This document shows, one piece after another, positions 40,001 to 50,856 of a DNA stretch of 64,000 bases. Position numbers and translations under genes: made by a program. How positions within the stretch are numbered: the first letter of the stretch is position 1; each line of letters opens with the position of its first letter. The stretch is taken from the NCBI GenBank assembly GCA_036172245.1, contig JAYWIR010000006.1, positions 4,278,001 through 4,342,000 of the forward strand, written 5' to 3'. This stretch comes from Raillietiella orientalis (taxonomy: Eukaryota). The notes under the pieces were generated by a model. It searched no databases, had not been told where the DNA came from, and saw nothing but the letters and a program-made list of their open reading frames with translations.

Positions 40001-43000
40001 CGGCGACAGACTTGTCCCCCTCTTCCAGTCAACTCCCTTTCGAGCTCCGGTGAGCCCGCTCGCGGGACTCACGACTCTTGGTCTCCCTTCCCGAAATTTT
40101 GCGGTCCTCGGCGGGCAAGGCTGCCCTGTGAAGAGCGGCCTTGCTCCTCAGTGTCTCCAGATAGGGGGAGTCGGGGTCCCCCTCTCTCTGCCGTCTCTCA
40201 TGTCCATGGAGACGAGCACAAGCGAGCGGGGCGCACGTCTGCCACGGGAGTCGGCGCCGCCGCTTCGCCCCCTTCCCTTCTGGACTAGGATGAAGCATCC
40301 CTCCTCCTACCCTTTCCCCACCCCCGAGGGGCGAGCACCTCCCGGAAACGACCCTCCTCGGGGTGTGGAGGTTCCTCGTCACGCGTAGTGTTTCGTCAGG
40401 CTGCTCCCATCTCTCTCCCCCTCCTTTTTGTTTCCGCCCGGCTGGCCTGGGAAGCTGCAAGCGCTCGTCAGCAAAAGGCGGAAGTCGCCGCAGCTTCCAC
40501 CCGTAACCGTGGCGACGGGTTCCGAACAGCTTCCCGCGCCGTGGCCATCCTCGAGCAGCGGTTTCTCCCCTGCCTCTCTCACTCCCCCCGTCCGCTACAG
40601 GGGTGCTGCGGCCCACCTCCAGCCTTCCCAGGAAAGTGCGGTCAGTTCTCTCTAGGCACGTCCAGAGGCGTCCTGGAGGTTTCCACCTTGGTCCCGCCGC
40701 TGCGCTCTTGGATTCTCCGGCGGTCCGGCCCTCCCTCAAGATCCAGCGCGGGAGTGGAAGGGAGAGAAGGGGAACCCCGGCGTGCCTTCCCCGGATGCAA
40801 CGCGTCGCCCCTCTGGGCGTGCTCAACTGCCGAAACCCAGCTGGCCAGAGCTCACGAGCTCACCCGGCTCACGAGCTCACGAGAACCCGGAGCTCACGTC
40901 CCATCAATCGTTGCCGTTGCAATACCTGCTGCTCTCGTGGGTGGGAAGGGACGAGGTGGGAGGAGGTCCCTAGGAAGGAGAAGGAAAAAGAGGAGCACGC
41001 GAGGGGGTGGGCGGCGGCCACGCGAAGGGATGCGCCCTCCGGAGACGGGGGACCATACCGGAGCATCCTGGGCGCGTGCGCTCCCACGCAAGGATGCGCG
41101 GGAGTCCCCCCGTCGCCCGCACTCCGTGCGGTCCGCGGGAGGGAAGTAGCGGAAGCCGCGCGCGCGGAACTTCTCGCGCGTGACGCACCGCTTCCTCCCG
41201 GCGCCCGCCCCCGGGCGTTTGCGGGTTCAGGAGCGAGGGACGAAGGAGGAGGGGGAGGGAGTGACGGCCCTCCTCTCCCTCCGCCTGCTGCTGGCCCACA
41301 TCCGGGCTGCGGCGATGGGGGCTCTGCGTAACCACAACGGAGGGGCTGCGAGACGGCGTCACCCCGCGCGCCTCCGTGGCAGCTGAGCTGTCGGGCGATC
41401 ACGAGGAACTCCCGCGGCAGCGGCTTGACTGCATCCGGGTCGCCGCCTCGGACGACCCAAGTGAGCTCATCCACCTCCATGCCTTGACCTTGCAGGAATC
41501 CAAGGGTCACCGCTACAGGTTCGGGGTGGTCCTTAAGGAGCTCAAGGAGGCTTCGTCGGAGGCTTACCGCGTCGCCCTGGTGACCTTCGTCAACTGCCTG
41601 CTGATCTCGACCCGGGGCACGCGCCACCGCGTGCGCATCAGGAGCGAATTCATCGGTAGGTGCCGCGCAGTCTCTCGCTTGGCATCGCCACCGTCGCTTC
41701 CATCCCCATTCCTCTTCCAGGGCTGAAGCTGTTGGATGTGCTGCAGCAGTTCAGGTGAGCAGACGCCCTTACACTCCCTGACCTTTGCCCCTCTCCGCAA
41801 GAGCGATTTGCAACACCCTGCAGGGACTCCCTACTCCGCTGCTCCCTTCCGCTCCTCCGCGGCCACAGATCTGCGCCTTCCCCTTTGCCCCGACGTGACG
41901 AAAGGGCTCTTCCTCCTTCTAACTCTCCCCCTCACCTCCTCCCTGTCGAAGTTCCAGAGCCGCCGCTGCGAGCCGGGGGATGGCCTCTCCGGCTTTCTTT
42001 CTGGTCCTCAGGCGAGTGGAGGACAAACAGTCCTCCGGAAAGACGCGCGAGGACGTCGCGCCCGAATTCCCGCCGGGTTCCTCCCCTTCCGACTTTCGTT
42101 CCTCCCCCTCGCTTCTCCTCCTTCGTACGGGCGCCACGCGCACGTCGTGGCGCGGCGCTCCGCCGTAGCCGCTTTCAGGAGCTGACCTCGGGGCACCTCC
42201 CCCCCTGGGCGCCTCTGCTTTCTGAGGCGGAACCCCCGCGCCGCATGAGGTAGAGGAGGGGGTAGCGAAGGCGAGGGCGCCGCGAAAAGGAAGATCCAAG
42301 CATCAGCCCTCTTGGAAGATTCGTCTCCCTTCGGGACGGAAGCATCCTCTCGGAGCCACTGGCCGTGGAGCAGTCCAAGGAGACGGAGTCCAAGTGTCCC
42401 AGAGAGGCGCCGCCCGCGCCGGGTGACCTGGCGATCTCTCGCTCTCCCTGCAGGGCGCCTCCCAGCGCCACCCCTTCCACTGCTCCCTATCCGGTAAAGA
42501 GAACAACGAAAAAGAGACGTCCGCGCCACGCCTTCCCTCTCCCTTTCCACCTTTCCGGAAGTGCTCACAGTCGCTCCCGAGTTTCTCCAGGAGCTCCTTC
42601 GGCGCGCTTCTGTAGTCGTTGCCGCTTACGTGGCACCAACAGCTCTCATGACGCCAGGGGAACCACGAGCCGTTCCGTGGCGCTCGGAGCCACCGATGTT
42701 CAGCTGGGTTCTGGGGAGCTATATGCGTCACACTGGCACATCGCGACTCCAAAGGGAGCGGCATGGAATCCTTGGGTTGCTTGGCCCCCTGGGAGCCTTC
42801 TGCCCGCACACGTGACAATGTGGACCACGGGGGAAGGGGAAGACGAGCTTCCTGGCTTTCTGGGGAAGCCGGATTTCCCGGGGAAAGCCTTCGGTGGTCG
42901 GTCCCCATCTACCGGGGTCCCGGGTGCGCCACCTCAGAAAGGAAGGTGTCCTTCGAGGCTCCAGGAACTTAAAGCGATAAGAAGGAGCAAAAGGGGTCAG

Positions 43001-46000
43001 CAAGTAATTGGTCTGCTACCTCCGAGTCCACCATGGATCGATCTTAAATCACCTATCTCCCCTGATGACTTTTATTCCTCCTCCCCTCGAGCCACACTGC
43101 GAATCCGCCATACTCGCCGCCAGCTCGTAGCAGCGCGACCCACGACACCGCTTATAGTCGCATGATCGAGTTGATTTCGAGAGGTGTGATCTAGAAAAGA
43201 TCTCGACGCATGATCTAGAAAGACTCAGTATCTGCCGTGGACCAAACTGTTATGTTGGTAACTCAAAACTCTCCAGACCTTCCCATGCAGGCAAGAAGAA
43301 AATGCCGCTGATGTCAATGAGGAAAGAGCACAGCCACGCGCAAAGCGAGTTCGAGCAGCAGTGAGGCCTCTCCTCTGGTGCACTCCCCACGTTTCCAAAA
43401 ACCCCTGAGGCATCCTTGCTAACGAACTTTTCCCTGGGGATACCTGGAAGGTACACAGGGGTGCGTTTCAGCAGACCAGAGGTCCTGGGTCTGGTCCGAT
43501 GTCAGCTCCATCACTGCGATGGGACGGGCGTGTCAAGTGGTTGGAAGAGGCAGGGCACCAGGCCGAGTCTTCTGGTGCCGCCCTCGCGTCGAGAGCACTG
43601 GCTGTGCTGCTCCACGAAGCGTATGCTTTCGATGGGGTCCCCCTTCCTTTTGCTGCTGGAGCCCCCTTGGAAGAATCGTGCGGTCTCAGCCGGAAACGCG
43701 TCTCGGGATATCCCGGAGACGGGGAGGGAAACTTTGGAGATACGTGGGAGTGATGGCGCTCTTCGGAAGCCCTCGCGTGGAAATCGATGCCGCTCTTTCA
43801 CACCGAGATGTTGCCATTCCGTTTGCGCGTCACAGAGACCACGCGACACTGGTTAGGGCTGCTGACTCCGGGGCATCTCGGTGCGAGAGTTCCAAATCTT
43901 TCGAACCCAAAGGAACCCTTTCGTCCAAGTACACCTTACCAACTCGTAATCCGTGCTTTCTGTCGTCCAGAATCGAAGCGCAGTACCGTTGACCCGTCGA
44001 GACAACTTTCACTTCGCGTTGGCCCATCCTCAAAGTAAAAAAGCGTGGTGGCTGCGCATCTCATCCTCCCTGTGCTTTTTACACAAAGTCGAGAGGCACC
44101 CAGGTGCACGCAATGCTCGCGGTGCATGCCAAGTGCTCACGCCTCTTGTTTCCGGCAGCAGTCAGCGTCGCTGCCCAAAGAAACAAAAAAGGGGTGAGTC
44201 TTCTTCATTTTCCCTCGGCTTATGATTTGAAGAACTCATCAGATGTGTGCTCTGCACTTCTCGTGTTACGGATACGAAGCCCAGCGCTATTAAGCTTGTC
44301 CGTTGCATCTCGATACTTAAAAACACGGATTGATAGTCCGCGGACCTTGTGGTAGAATAAATGCATGTTGTCAAGGAGATGTGTAGCCTGCTCTCCGGAG
44401 CCATCAATAAACCATTGTTAGCGAACATCTCCGCATGGCGTGCTCGCTGGAGCTATTCATAACGCATGAGGCGCGTCCGACCATTGTTAGCGAATATTTT
44501 CGCCCCGGCCGTGCTCGCTGGCGCTATTAATATATGGAAGCGTATTTTGCCCTACTGGCGAGAGCACTTCAACGTGCATGCATATACAGGAAACCTTGTT
44601 TGGCGCGCGTTGTTTTATGACGGACACGCTCTTCGGACGGATGGATCCTTTGTTTTGTTGTGCTTTTTTGTTTAGCCGGCGAATTCCGGTTTTGCGATTG
44701 AAAGCAGGAAGCGAAAAGGCCTCTCAGACCCCGCCCGTCCGTTCGATTGGACCTTCGCGCTCCAACGGGCCGTCAGAGTTTGGAGGCTGCAGGACGGAGC
44801 ATGCGATTTGGCCAGCAGTCGCTCGTATCTTTGTTTCCTCCCCCTCCTCGCATCACGCCCTCTTCTCCACCACCCCTGCTCCTTTGGAAATGCGGCGGGG
44901 GGCCGCGGCGCACTCTGGAAACGGCAACCGAGCACGCCTCAGCTCTTCGGAGAAAGACGCGACCCTTCGCCGCAGAGCAGGGCAGGCCCTGTCCCCGGAG
45001 GAGCCCAACTCCCGACAGTCCCTCTCGTGACGAGCGAGCGAACGGAACCCCGCGGTTCAAGCCACTTTCCTCTTCCCGTTTCCGTGAGCGTCGTGCATCC
45101 TTTGGAGAGAGAAGGGGAGTCCCGGGAACCGCTTTGGGACTCGTTTGGTAGGGAGTTTCCAGCTCGAGAGGGACACAAGCCAAGTCTTTCAGACCAAAGC
45201 ATCCCGAACTTGGTGTCGGGCGCCTCCCGAACGATTCCCGTCAGCGGGAAAAACGCGAAGACGGCGGTTCCACGGTTTCTCTCGCCTTCCGGTGGCAGTT
45301 CTCACCTTCCGAGAGACTCGAGAGGGGGAGGGAAGAGGAAGTGGAGAAGAGAGTCCCTTTTCCCTCTCCCCATCCTTTCTCCGTCCTTTCTCGGCCATTC
45401 ACTTTCCCGTTGGGTTCTTCCTCTCCCCTTGCATGTGTTGCAGGCGCGAGTCCTCCCCGGACTCCGATCTGGCTGTCCAGCTGGATGCCTTCGAGGAGCA
45501 GAAGGAAGCCGACGAGTCCCAGCTTTCGACCCCCCACGATGTGGACCTCAGTAGCCACGCCGACGTCTTCTACGCTATCTTGCGACAGGTACCGGCTGCG
45601 GTCTCGGGGGAGTTCAGTTCGGACTACTCCTCTCCCGAATCGCTGTTGAAGGCGGCGAGGGGAGGTGCCCTCGGTCCTCTCCGGCCTGGCTGCGAAGGTC
45701 CCAGGGCCCTCTTTTCCCATCCTTTCCTTAACATTGCTCCCACGCAGCCTTTCTTTTACAGGTCATCGGCACCCCTCAGGAGATTCCCTTCCTGTCCGTC
45801 CTGCAGCATCTCCTCCGGATCGACTCCAAGGACGCCCTCAGCGACCTCATGTGGGACGCCGCGGAGATGCTGGTACACCGCGCGGTGCTGCTGGAGAGCA
45901 AGGAGGACTCGGCTAATCTCCTCCGGGCGACTTCGTCCGTCGCCAGGGGGACTCCAGCCGCGCGGACGAAGACTCTGGATGGGCTTTGCCGCACTTGCCA

Positions 46001-49000
46001 CCGCGCTGTGGACGCCAGTGAGGTCAGGGAACGCCTCCCGGCGAGGCGCTCCATGACCCTTGCAGACTGTGGGCGTCGACAGCTCCCACCCCCCTCCGAA
46101 GGACCTCCCCGAGGCTTCCCTCCTCCTCCTCCTCCTCCTCCTCCTCCTCCTCCCCCAGCGGTGTCTCCTCCCGTTGTGCCCGTTGGAGCCGCCCCTCCTG
46201 CGCCACCACCTCCCCCCTTGCCCGCGCCCTGCACGGCGACAGCGGCGCACCTCTCTGCGACACCGGACCGCCTCCGTCTGAGGGGCACCCCCGCGCTGGC
46301 GCCTCTTTTCCCCCCCGCCGCCACCCAGGAGCCCGTCCCTGTGCTCCCGCAGCAGCAGACGCCTCAGCCCAAGGCCAAGATGAGAACCATCAACTGGAAC
46401 AAGATACCCCACCACAAGGTGAGGACCGCTCGGCGAGACCGGCTGCATGGGGCCGTCAGGCAGCAGCTCCCCAATGTAGGAGCTCTGACGCCATCAGTCG
46501 ACAGGAAAGGGAGGGGGGGGGGGGGAAGAAAGCGCGCGAAGCTGTCAAAGGAGGAGGGGGATGAAGCAGGAGATGGGCTGAGCACTCGAGGGGGCGTTGC
46601 GCCCGCGGCATCTCAGATCCTCCTGACTGCCGCCTCAGGTAGTCGAGAAGACCACGAACATCTGGCAGCTGGTGGCCCGCAACCAGGAGAAGAGTCCACA
46701 AATGGAGTTCGACTGGCCCAGACTGGAGGACCTCTTCTGCCTGCAGGGTGCCTCCGGACAGGGCTCGCCCAAGTCCGACGCGGAGCGCCGCAGGGGCGGC
46801 GCAGCGTCGGCGCCGGCGTCGGCGGAGGTAGGGGCAGCGACGCCCTGGGGGGCGGCAGCGGTTTGCAGCAGCGTCCGCCGCGCCCGTTTCCAGGTGAACC
46901 TCCTGGACGGGAAGCGCAGCCTGGCAGTCAACATCTTTCTGCGCCATTTCCGGATGTGAGCCCTCGTTCTGCCGCCCTTCCTTCCCCGCGACCCGACCCG
47001 GACCTCCCTCCCTCCGCTTCCTTCCAGGCCCAACGAGGACATCCTCTCGATGGTGCTCGCGTGCGACAGCTCCTCCTTCGGCGCTGAGAAGCTGCGTGGG
47101 CTGCTGCGCCTCCTGCCGGAGGCGGACGAGAAGGAGATGCTGCTCAGCTACGACGGGGACCCAGGACGCCTGGGTACCGCCGAGCGGTTCCTCCTGGACC
47201 TCATGCGCATTCCCAGGTAGGTGCCTCTCGCTGTGATGAATAACACGATACTATTAAGAAATTTCTTGGTAGTATCGTGTTATCCATCATAGAAGTATAA
47301 GCTACTTGCACCTGCAAGCAACTTATACTGAAATTTCACTGTGTCCCCTCCCCTTCTCGCGCTCCAGCCCTCGTCGCCCCCCCCCCCCTGCCTCACCCAT
47401 CCGCCTTTCTACTTCCTCTTCCCCCATTCTCCTGTTGCAGCTACAAGCTGCGGATCGAAGGGATGCTGCTGAGGGAGGAGTTCGAGGCGGGGATGTTGTC
47501 CCTCGAAAGGTCCACCCAGGCCATCTCCGAGGCCGCTGAGAGGCTGCGGACGTGCCGCCCCTTGCAGGACATCCTCTTCATCTTGCTGGTCACCGGGAAT
47601 TTCCTGAACTCAGTAAGGGAGGAAAGGAAAGGGGCCGCGGGTGGGAAGTACCGAATACCCGGCTGCCTGCGAGTGTCACGGCGTACCGGCCGTTCTTTCT
47701 CCTCAGGGCGGTTACGCTGGGAACGCCGCAGGAGTGAAGATGGCATCGCTGGCCAAGCTGAGTGACACGCGCGCCAACAAGCCCGGCGTCACCCTCCTGC
47801 ACTATGTGGCCACGGTGAGCCGCGCGACCCGAAAGTGGGTTTGAATTTTCCCGAGGCGGTTTTCCCCAGGAAGCGGAGAAGATCGACCTGACACTCCTGG
47901 ATTTTCCCTCCGAGATCCCGCAACTCGAGGAGGCGTCCAGGTGAGAAACGACTCCCCTCCCTTACTTCCCTTCTCTTTCACCCTTCCTTCTCTTCCTTCT
48001 CCTGTTTCTCTCCTTGTCTTCCTCCATTCCTTCTCTTCCTTTTCTTCTTCCTTCCTTCCTCCTCCTCCCTTCCCTTTGCGGAGGTCCCCGGTTTCGTGGT
48101 CTTCTCTCCCCTTCTCTTCCTCCCCTCCTTTTCCTCGAGGGCACCATGATATAGTTGCCGTCACTCGTCGCCCTGATCTTCGCCTCCCTAAGGCTCTCTC
48201 CCTTTCCAGAGTGTCCCTGGAGCAGCTGGACGCCGAGGTCTCCGCCCTGGAGAGCCGCGTCATGAAGCTGAGCGTCCAGGCGTCTGAGGCGGAGACAGAC
48301 GTGCGTTCCCGGCTCGAGGACTTCCTGAAGGCGTACTCCGAGGAGGTGTCGTCCTTGAGGGCCGAACTGCGTCGCCTGGAGACGCTGCGCCTGGAGCTGG
48401 CCGAGTTCATGTGCGAGGAGCCGGCGTCCTTCCAGATGGACGAGTGCTTCCGCACGTTCCACGCCTTCTGCGCCAAGTTCGCCGCCGCCGTGGCGGACAA
48501 CCGGCGCCGCAAGCGTCAGGAGGAGGAGGCACGGCAGAGGCGGCGCGCCCGCGATGAGGCGCAGCGCGCGGCGGCCGCCTCCCTGGCCGCCTACGGTGGC
48601 GGCGGCGAGAGCGCACTCCCAGAGCCCGCCGGGATGTTGCAGCAGGTGAGCCGTTGGGTTCGCCGTCGGAGGCAGCCCCCCGCACCTCCACCCTTTCCCC
48701 CGCAGGTGCCGAGGAAGTCGTCCCTGGAGCCGGAGGTGCTAAGCTGCCGCTCGCTCAGCAGCTCCCCGCTGCTGACCAGGAGGCGCGTGGGCTCGGCGTC
48801 CTTCCACCACGTGCCGCCCGCGGGAGGCGCCACGGGCGGCGGGAGGAGGCGCGTCCCCTCCGATGAGGAGCAGCAACAGACCTGCCTCCTCAACTACCTC
48901 AAGACCAGCGGTCACGACGCCGAGAACCGGGAGCGCCCGACCTGCAGCACGGACCACGGGCGGGAGTCTTTCGGGTCTCTGGACCGCTCGTGGACGCGGG

Positions 49001-50856
49001 AGAGGAAGAAGGTGGCTGCGGTGGACAGAGGTCACTGCCCACGGGGCGTAGCGCCGTGCCCAGGAGACGACTCCGACTCCAAGAAGAGGTGGGTGCTGCC
49101 GCCGTGCCCAGGTGCCCCCTCATGCCCTGCCGCCCGCTCCCCTAGGGGACTCCTGCACCGCATCGAGTCCTGGCTGAAGATCGGCCGGGATGAGAAGAAG
49201 AAGAAGGAGGAAGAGGCTGTGGACGCGTGCGGCACCCGGGGGGGTCAGCGGGGTCAGCAGCGGCTCTTCTCGGTTGCCGGCGACCTCGAGGACGAGCGAA
49301 TCCACGAGTGGTCCGGGCCGAAGGTCGATGTCGTGCGAGTCCTGGACAGCATCGAGGACCTACAGCCGAGGTTCGGGAGATCGGCGCCAGGGGCCTCCCG
49401 GGTCATCACTCCGGCCGAAGAGGTGGCAACCGCTCCGCCGCTCTTCCCGGAGACAAACGAGGGGCAGGGGCAGACCGCCCCGTCCGCTCTGCAGGTAGTT
49501 CCCCCTCCCCCCGACGCGCAGGTGCCTTCCTTGGCTCCTTGCGCGCTGTCGCAGGCGCTGCAGGCGCTGCGCTCTTTGCAGGCGATCCCGGAAGCCGGGG
49601 GAGAGCGACGCCCTCGGGATGCACGGCTGACCCTGCACTTCCGCCCTTCTGCCGACCGAGCGGGCGCGTCCTGCCCGCAGGCGGACGACGACGCCTCCAC
49701 CCGCGCGCCGCGGGACGGGCGCAGCGGGTGGCGCGGCGACCGGCTCGTCCGCCGCCCGGCAGGCGTCGACGACGACCCCCCTTCCCCGGAGAGGCAGCCC
49801 GCGAGGTGCGGCGGCCCCGAGGAGGAGGGCCTAGGAGACGGGACCTTCGACCGATTCTCGGACGTGAGGCGCACCCGCCGCTTTCGGAGGGGCCGCGAGG
49901 AGGCGCCTCCGGAGCGGACGGCGCCCGGCGCGCCGCCGCTGGCCAAGAAGCGATCGCGCAGCAACATCGAACGGGCGGAAATCGTCCACGCGCTGCAGCG
50001 GATGGAGCGTGCCAGCATCCAGCTACACGGACTGCCGGTGGAGGAGGCGGAGTCGCCACCCGAGGACGGCTGGCGCCAACGCCTCGCCAGGAAGTTCCGC
50101 GCCATCGACTCCGACCAGCCCCAGGCGCCCGCGGTCCCTGCCTCTCACGCCCTCGTCGGCCCTTCACTACCGCCCGCGGGGACGAACCCGCAGGATGCCG
50201 AGCACGAGCGTGACGAGGGCTTCGAGGAGGCCCACAGCCTCGTGTGCGGGGGCTGCGAGGCGGAGGCCCCGAGGGGCGCCACCCCCGGGCACCAGCGGGA
50301 GGAGGTCGCCGGCGGGAGGCGGCGCGGAGAGGAGCCCCTCCCGGCGAGGTGCCCCGTCAGGACAGCGGGTCTCCCTAAAGCATCGTCCGCGAGGACCGGA
50401 GCGGCCCGCTCCGGCCCCCTCGTGTCCAGCAGAAGCGCACCCACGGGCCCTCCGAACGGCGCCAGACCCGCGGACAAAAGGCCTGCCAGCAGGTCCACGG
50501 CCGCTCTCGGTGCGGGGCGCCGCGAACCCCTCGACGCACGGGGGGCCTGCGCCCCGGCCCAAAAGTTCAGACCGAGGGAGACCCCCAGGAGAAGCCACGT
50601 GGGTCCCTCCTCTCCGGACAGGGGCAGTAGCACCCCCAGCGTCTCCCGCCTTTCTGTTCCCAACGGACCCTCCCTCGCCCCGGCACCCTTAAGGGGTTCC
50701 CCGCAGAGGGCGGCCCGGGGCTCACCCAGGAGCGGCGGCTTTGGGTTCATGCGGCCCACCGCCTCGAGCGCCGCCAAGAACGATCGGCCCGGAGGGTCCG
50801 TCCGTGGCAGGCAGCAGCAGCCGCACCAGCACCAGGGTGGCGCCAGGGCGAGGTGA
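28020..50856 (+). CDS. form3: Inverted formin (INF2/FHDC1/form3-like): FH3/DID, FH1, FH2 and long C-terminal tail, about 1,480-1,540 aa
   Basis: Exons: 28020-28029 (putative start, CCGCCATGA then GTGAGT), 28806-28877 ([18 protein letters not shown]), 30910-31025 ([24 protein letters not shown]), 41496-41655 ([24 protein letters not shown]), 41721-41754, 45444-45588, 45762-46418 ([18 protein letters not shown], poly-Pro FH1, [14 protein letters not shown]), 46639-46827, 46894-46955 ([14 protein letters not shown]), 47028-47216, 47441-47612 (GNFLNS), 47707-47814 ([25 protein letters not shown]), 47870-47940, then 48210-50856 with probable short in-frame introns at 48646-48705, 49089-49145 and 49495-49554. 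All phases are compatible. The start exon and tail introns are inferred. Confidence 0.92.
44411..44532. repeat. Imperfect direct repeat, 2 copies, 69-bp period
   Basis: ACCATTGTTAGCGAAYAT...CGTGCTCGCTGGMGCTATTMATA at 44411 and 44480, with a degenerate partial copy at about 44389-44410. Confidence 0.8.
46088..46230 (+). other. Formin FH1 poly-proline region, encoded partly by a (CCT)n run
   Basis: Translates to [48 protein letters not shown] just upstream of the FH2 start ([14 protein letters not shown]). Confidence 0.9.
47231..47292. repeat. 62-nt near-perfect palindrome/hairpin in formin intron 47217-47440
   Basis: CTGTGATGAATAACACGATACTATTAAGAAA | TTTCTTGGTAGTATCGTGTTATCCATCATAG. The 31-nt arms have 4 deviations, three of which are G-U pairs in + strand RNA. 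Confidence 0.9.
47950..48135 (+). repeat. Polypyrimidine (CT-rich) low-complexity tract in formin intron 47941-48209
   Basis: Almost exclusively C and T over about 180 nt. Confidence 0.8.

Noticed and set aside
47761..47781. Arg in place of the actin-binding FH2 Lys (LSDTRAN)
   Set aside because: A conservative change that, as far as I recall, is usual in arthropod form3-type formins; not evidence of a novel or inactive formin.
47941..48209. N-terminal part of the 971-aa ORF as coding sequence
   Set aside because: It is a CT-rich intron (GTGAGA...TTCCAG); the FH2 sequence resumes at 48210.
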